Source: an uncultured delta proteobacterium (GTDB taxonomy: Bacteria; Desulfobacterota; Binatia; Binatales; Binataceae). From it: a DNA stretch of 64,000 bases. Below the pieces are notes generated by a model. The model was given only the letters and a program-made list of their open reading frames with translations. It ran no database searches and was not told where the DNA came from. Shown piece after piece: positions 60,061-64,000 of this stretch (positions are counted from its first letter, which is position 1; each line of letters begins with the position of its first letter). The stretch covers positions 72,990-136,989 of the forward strand of contig CAWENP010000001.1 of assembly GCA_963810495.1 (NCBI GenBank), in the 5' to 3' direction. The position numbers and the translations under genes were made by a program.

Positions 60061-61645
60061 ATGGCAAAAAAGGCAGCCAAACCTCGGCGCTTGTATATCC
60101 CGGTCGTGCCGGCCGGCGCGTCGTGGATCGAAAGCGACAGCTACGATCGCCGCGCCTGGAGCGATATCGGGCTGGGCGCGCCGGCGATCGGCGAGCTGGT
60201 CGAGGCCGGCCGCCGCCTCGTGCCGCATTTCGACGCGCTGCTCGGCGACCTGTTTTTCGCGCTGTTCAAGTACAACCTGGTCTGGCTCAAAACCGACGCG
60301 GTGCGCAAAAGCGCGATCCTCAATCACACCATCCTCGATCGCCTGGTCGCGTCGCCCGCCTTCGAGGCGCTCAAGGGCCGCACGCTGCTCGAGGAGGACA
60401 AGGCCGCGATAGCCGCGCTCGCGCTCGCCGAACAGGCGCTCGAGCTCGTGCGCTCCGAGCGCCTGCTCAACCGCCGCGAACTGCTCGACCTTTGGGATTT
60501 GCATCATCAGGAAGAGGACCTGGGCGAGCGCGCCGACGAATTGAAGGCGATGGCGGAGGCGGGCGCGCCGGCCGACGGCGAGCCCCAGCCCGACCACGAG
60601 CTCAAAAAAAAGATCGAGAAGCTCAAAGAGGCGGCCGCGCGCGCCGTTCAGGTCTCCGAGGCGCGGCTCAACCAGAAGGCGCGCCAGGTGACCGAGCAGA
60701 TCGGCCATGCCGACCAGAGCGAGCTGCGCCGGATGGAAGCCAAGAGTCTCGGATTGGCGCAAGAGATCGATCGCGTCGCGCAGGACAGCCATGACTTCAG
60801 CCTGGAGTTCGGCCAGGGCGGCCGGCTCTCGGCCGGGGAGCGGCTGGAGCTCGGGCGTCATCTCGCGCGCAACCGCAAGCTCGGCGAGCTGGCGCGGCTG
60901 GTCGGCCGCTTCAAGCAGGACGCGCGCGCGCTGCAGGCGCAAAACGATGGAGCGCGGCGTGGCCGAGGCTTACGACATCGAACGCGGCTCGGAGCTGGGG
61001 CGGCTGATCCCGGCCGAGCTGCTCGCGATGCATCATCCGGGGCTGCGGCGCGACTTCGGCCGCCGTCTGCTCGAAGGCGAGCTGCTTCAGTACCGCCTGC
61101 GCGAGGAGGAGCAGAAGGGCAAGGGCCCGATGGTCGTGTGCATCGACGTTAGCTCCTCGATGCAAGGCGACAAGGAGCTGTGGGCCAAGGCGGTGAGCCT
61201 GACCCTGATGGATATAGCGCGCCGTCAACGCCGGCTGTTCCGCGCCGTGCTGTTTTCCTCGGGTCCCGGCAGCCTCAAGGTGCTCGACCTCAACCAGGAG
61301 CGCCGCTATCAGCCGGAGCTCGGCAAGGTGATGGAGCTGGCGGAGTATTTTCCGGGCGGCGGCACGGATTTCCAGCAGCCGATCGACGCGGCGATGGAGC
61401 TGATCGAACACAAGCGGCTGCGCCGCGCCGACATCGTGATCATCACCGACGGCGAGTGCCAGGTAGCCCCGGAATGGCTGGCCGAACTGCGCCGGCGCAA
61501 GGACGAGTTGCAATTCTCGATCTTCGCGGTGCTGGTCGACGTCGGTTCGAGCGACCTTTCGACGTTGGCCCAGATGAGCGACCGCGTCACTTCGGTCAAG
61601 AAGCTGAGCGCCGAGAGCACCCGCGAGATTTTCCTGAAGATGTAG
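60061..61645 (+). CDS. VWA domain-containing protein (CoxE-like) split by a frameshift near 60935-60950 (ORFs 60061..61152 and 60707..61645)
   Basis: N-part in frame 1 up to ...ARALQAQNDG; VWA part in frame 2: MVVCIDVSSSMQG...GGGTDF...ADIVIITDGE. Confidence 0.6.
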
Positions 61646-61677
61646 TCACGCTGGAGGTGGCGTGGTCGCCCACTTAA

Positions 61678-62460
61678 CTAGGGGTTGGAGCTGGAGCCTT
61701 CCGGAATCACCGGAGCCGTGGGCTGCACGAAGTCCGGGTTCACATTGCAGCACAGAACGTAGCTGGTCCCGGCGCGCGGCTCGGCCTCGTAGCCGTCGAG
61801 CGAGCCGTCCGCCTCAACCCGCACGGCCTCGTAGCTCAAGGTCCCCGAGGCGCGCTGGGCGGTGAAGATGTAGTAGTGGCCGACTTCGAGCGGCTCGGGC
61901 GGACCGCTATCCGGCGTCAGCTGCGCGAAATGCACGGGCAGCTTGCCGTAGGTGACGGACTTGGCGGCGAACTTGTCCCCCGAGCCCACCACTGGCAGCT
62001 TCGAGAACACTCCGGTGTCCGCGTGGATCTCCCAGACCGTCACTCCGCCGTCGAAGCGGATGATCGACGCGACGTGCTGCGCGTCGATGTTGCGCGATTC
62101 GACCATTTCCGTGCCGTTGAATTTCGACACGCTGAGCGAAGCCAGGTAGTCGCCCCTATGCGCGTAGGAAATGGCGACCGTGGCGCCGGGCGGAGGCGAA
62201 TTTGGCTCGCCCGCGCCGCTCTCGGCGGGCGCGCCCTCAGCTGGAGTACCGTCTGCCGGACTGCTCTCGGCGGCGGGCGCCCCTTCTGCCGGACTGCTCT
62301 CGGCCGACGGAGAGGCCTCGGAAGAAGCTTCGGCAGACGCCTGGGCGGAGGGCTCGGCCGGCACGCCGGCGTTGGCCGGCTGGCCGCGATGCAGCATCGA
62401 GCACGCAGCGAACACGAGCGCCGCGCCGAGCACCATCAAGCGCCCAAGCACGCGCCGCAT
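61678..62460 (-). CDS. lipoprotein with an Ala/Glu/Ser/Pro low-complexity linker and a C-terminal beta-rich domain
   Basis: MRRVLGRLMVLGAALVFAACS signal/lipobox, then AEPSAQASAEASSEASPSAESSPAEG...; ATG at 62460. Confidence 0.45.
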   Translation of the reverse strand: MRRVLGRLMVLGAALVFAACSMLHRGQPANAGVPAEPSAQASAEASSEASPSAESSPAEGAPAAESSPADGTPAEGAPAESGAGEPNSPPPGATVAISYAHRGDYLASLSVSKFNGTEMVESRNIDAQHVASIIRFDGGVTVWEIHADTGVFSKLPVVGSGDKFAAKSVTYGKLPVHFAQLTPDSGPPEPLEVGHYYIFTAQRASGTLSYEAVRVEADGSLDGYEAEPRAGTSYVLCCNVNPDFVQPTAPVIPEGSSSNP

Positions 62461-62531
62461 GGCCAGGCCCTCAGACCGCAAGCGCATCGTCTCGTCCGGC
62501 TTCCCGGCAGAATACAACATCATCCATCGAT

Positions 62532-63041
62532 CTACTGGCTGAACTCGATCGGCTGGCCGCACGCGTAGCCACCGGCATTGTAGTCGTAAACCATCCGGCC
62601 GCCGTAATCGGCGCCCTTGGCGATAAGCGCCGCCACCACCACCAGCATCGCGAGAAACACTTTGCGGCCCCGCGCCGGCGTCGGCCGCGCCGCGATCGCC
62701 CACAACGCCAGCACCACGCTCAGTATCGTCACCGCGATCATCAGCCGCTTGTGGTTCGCCAGCAGCACCGTCTTGACCGACGGCGCAAGCATCACGCCGG
62801 GCGCGGCATAAAGTCCGGTGGCGGTGGCCGCCGCCGCGCCGAGCGCGCCGAGCACCAGCATCCACAAGCCGCTCCATTGCCATGCTTCGCGCCGCGCAAA
62901 AACTCCCAACCAGTAAATCAGCGTCGCCGCGAACAGCAATGCGATTGGGAAGTGGACGACCAGCGGATGGATGTTCTGCAGATGCTGCGCGCCAGGAAAC
63001 GAAAACAGATGCGCCGCCGCCCGGAACAGATCGCCTAGCAC
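62532..63041 (-). CDS. DUF2231 domain membrane protein
   Basis: HPLVVHFPIALLFAATLIYWL... four TM helices. Confidence 0.5.
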   Translation of the reverse strand: MLGDLFRAAAHLFSFPGAQHLQNIHPLVVHFPIALLFAATLIYWLGVFARREAWQWSGLWMLVLGALGAAAATATGLYAAPGVMLAPSVKTVLLANHKRLMIAVTILSVVLALWAIAARPTPARGRKVFLAMLVVVAALIAKGADYGGRMVYDYNAGGYACGQPIEFSQ

Positions 63042-63045
63042 CGGA

Positions 63046-63423
63046 TCATTTCACCGATTCGACGGTCAGAAACTCGACCCCGCCTTTGGAGTACGACTTG
63101 CCGGTGACCGTGACTTCCTTCTCCATGTTCTTCAGCACGTCGTCGGGCATCGCCTCCTCGTTCTTGGGCGGCAGCAGGATGTACATCTTCTCGGTCCCCT
63201 TTTCGACCAGGCCGACCGGGATGCCTTTCTGTGCGCACTTGAGCGCGCACTGCGCGTGGCCCGCACCGTGCGCGCCAACCACGTTGTAACAGAACGTGTC
63301 CTCCAGGTTGCCCGTGACCGACTTTTGCGTGTCAGCCGCGATCCCCAGGCCGGCAATTCCGATAGCCAGCATCGCGCCCAGTCCGACAAGAGCAGCAAGA
63401 CCGGCAATCATTGTTTTTCGCAT
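63046..63423 (-). CDS. small secreted protein with a CxxxC motif (possible metal/redox partner of DUF2231)
   Basis: Signal peptide; GAHGAGHAQCALKCAQKG. Confidence 0.4.
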   Translation of the reverse strand: MRKTMIAGLAALVGLGAMLAIGIAGLGIAADTQKSVTGNLEDTFCYNVVGAHGAGHAQCALKCAQKGIPVGLVEKGTEKMYILLPPKNEEAMPDDVLKNMEKEVTVTGKSYSKGGVEFLTVESVK

Positions 63424-63614
63424 AGACCCCTACTCCGTAGTTGCATTAACAAGCAATCGTTGCCCCAGCCATCAATCGCTCTCCACTATTCTCCATACCT
63501 TGCGCTCATCTCAAGAGTTACGATCACTGAAGGAGCGGGAGTACGCGAAATCCGGGACACGCGGGATAAGAATAGGCGTTGATTCTTCGACTGCCGAGGC
63601 GCCCGGCAGGCGAG

Positions 63615-64000
63615 CTACCGGCGGGCCGAGCGCGCTTCGACCGGAGAGGCGACGGTGCCGAACTCCTCGTCCCACCGCGCGCGCCGGCGCGGACGCACCG
63701 GTCCGCCGAGTTGCTTCAGATGGCGCTCCAGGACGTCGTGCAACTGCTGATCGAGCCTATCGAGGTCGGCCTCCTCGGGAAGCCGGGGCCGTTCCTGGTC
63801 CTCGGAGATGCCGCGCCGCCGCCGCCCATAGAGCTCCTGCATGCGCAACTCGGCCTTGGCCAACACTGCTCTATAGCGCTGGTCGAGCCGGCGGAGCGAT
63901 TCGTTGAGCTCGGCAATGGCGATAAAGCGCCGACGCAGCAGGAACCATTCGAGCACCGCCAGCGCCGCTACGCCGAGCAGCAGCAGCGCTGCGATGACTG
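63615..64000 (-). CDS. hypothetical protein, partial (start beyond window end), coiled-coil / Arg-rich
   Basis: ORF runs off the window; LxxxQ-rich. Confidence 0.25.
   Translation of the reverse strand, partial: VIAALLLLGVAALAVLEWFLLRRRFIAIAELNESLRRLDQRYRAVLAKAELRMQELYGRRRRGISEDQERPRLPEEADLDRLDQQLHDVLERHLKQLGGPVRPRRRARWDEEFGTVASPVEARSARR

Overview
High-GC (~65%) bacterial window with three lower-GC islands (~300-1070, ~18400-19550, ~21650-23200). Positions ~1-18400: the minus-strand backbone of a P-type (Trb/Tra) conjugative element, in the order trbF-trbG-trbI, small RHH gene, traF (S26 peptidase), 136-aa gene, relaxase (HUH, DUF3363-type N-terminus), traG (VirD4), CopG/RHH gene, trbB-trbC-trbD-trbE-trbJ-trbL, a RepB'-type primase, an IS3-family remnant and a truncated ardC. 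A tRNA 3'-end-like fragment sits at 18331-18363. Nearly every large gene of this element (TraG, TrbE, TrbL, TrbB, TrbJ, the RHH gene, ArdC) needs frameshifts to reconstruct its conserved protein sequence, whereas ~20 kb of long chromosomal genes to the right are intact, so the element looks decayed (or locally error-rich). Positions 21.5-27.7 kb: two tandem di-heme peroxidase-like (DUF1111) paralogs with very different codon usage that share a conserved ~90-nt 5' leader; copy 2 carries an in-frame TAA. A ~1.7-kb insert (GlcG/DUF336, a His/Gly/Tyr-rich lipoprotein, a membrane repeat protein) is bracketed by ~200-bp direct repeats that duplicate the peroxidase 3' end plus the PPK2 5' end, and is followed by an intact PPK2. 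Then come porin O/P and MFS pseudogenes, small enzymes, PPK1, a DUF1329/DUF1329/DUF3179 cluster, GS-hydroquinone reductase and DUF2063. An acyl-CoA cluster (TPP-dependent lyase/decarboxylase-like, CitE-like lyase, MaoC hydratase, acetoacetyl-CoA synthetase, acetyl-CoA hydrolase/transferase, three LLM oxidoreductases) lies next to a sigma54-type response regulator and an Hpt protein. The window ends with TadE/TadE/TadG pilus genes, hrcA, a frameshifted VWA protein and a DUF2231 membrane pair. No CRISPR array, rRNA or complete tRNA was found. All calls rest on motif recognition in the supplied ORF translations; no database searches were run.
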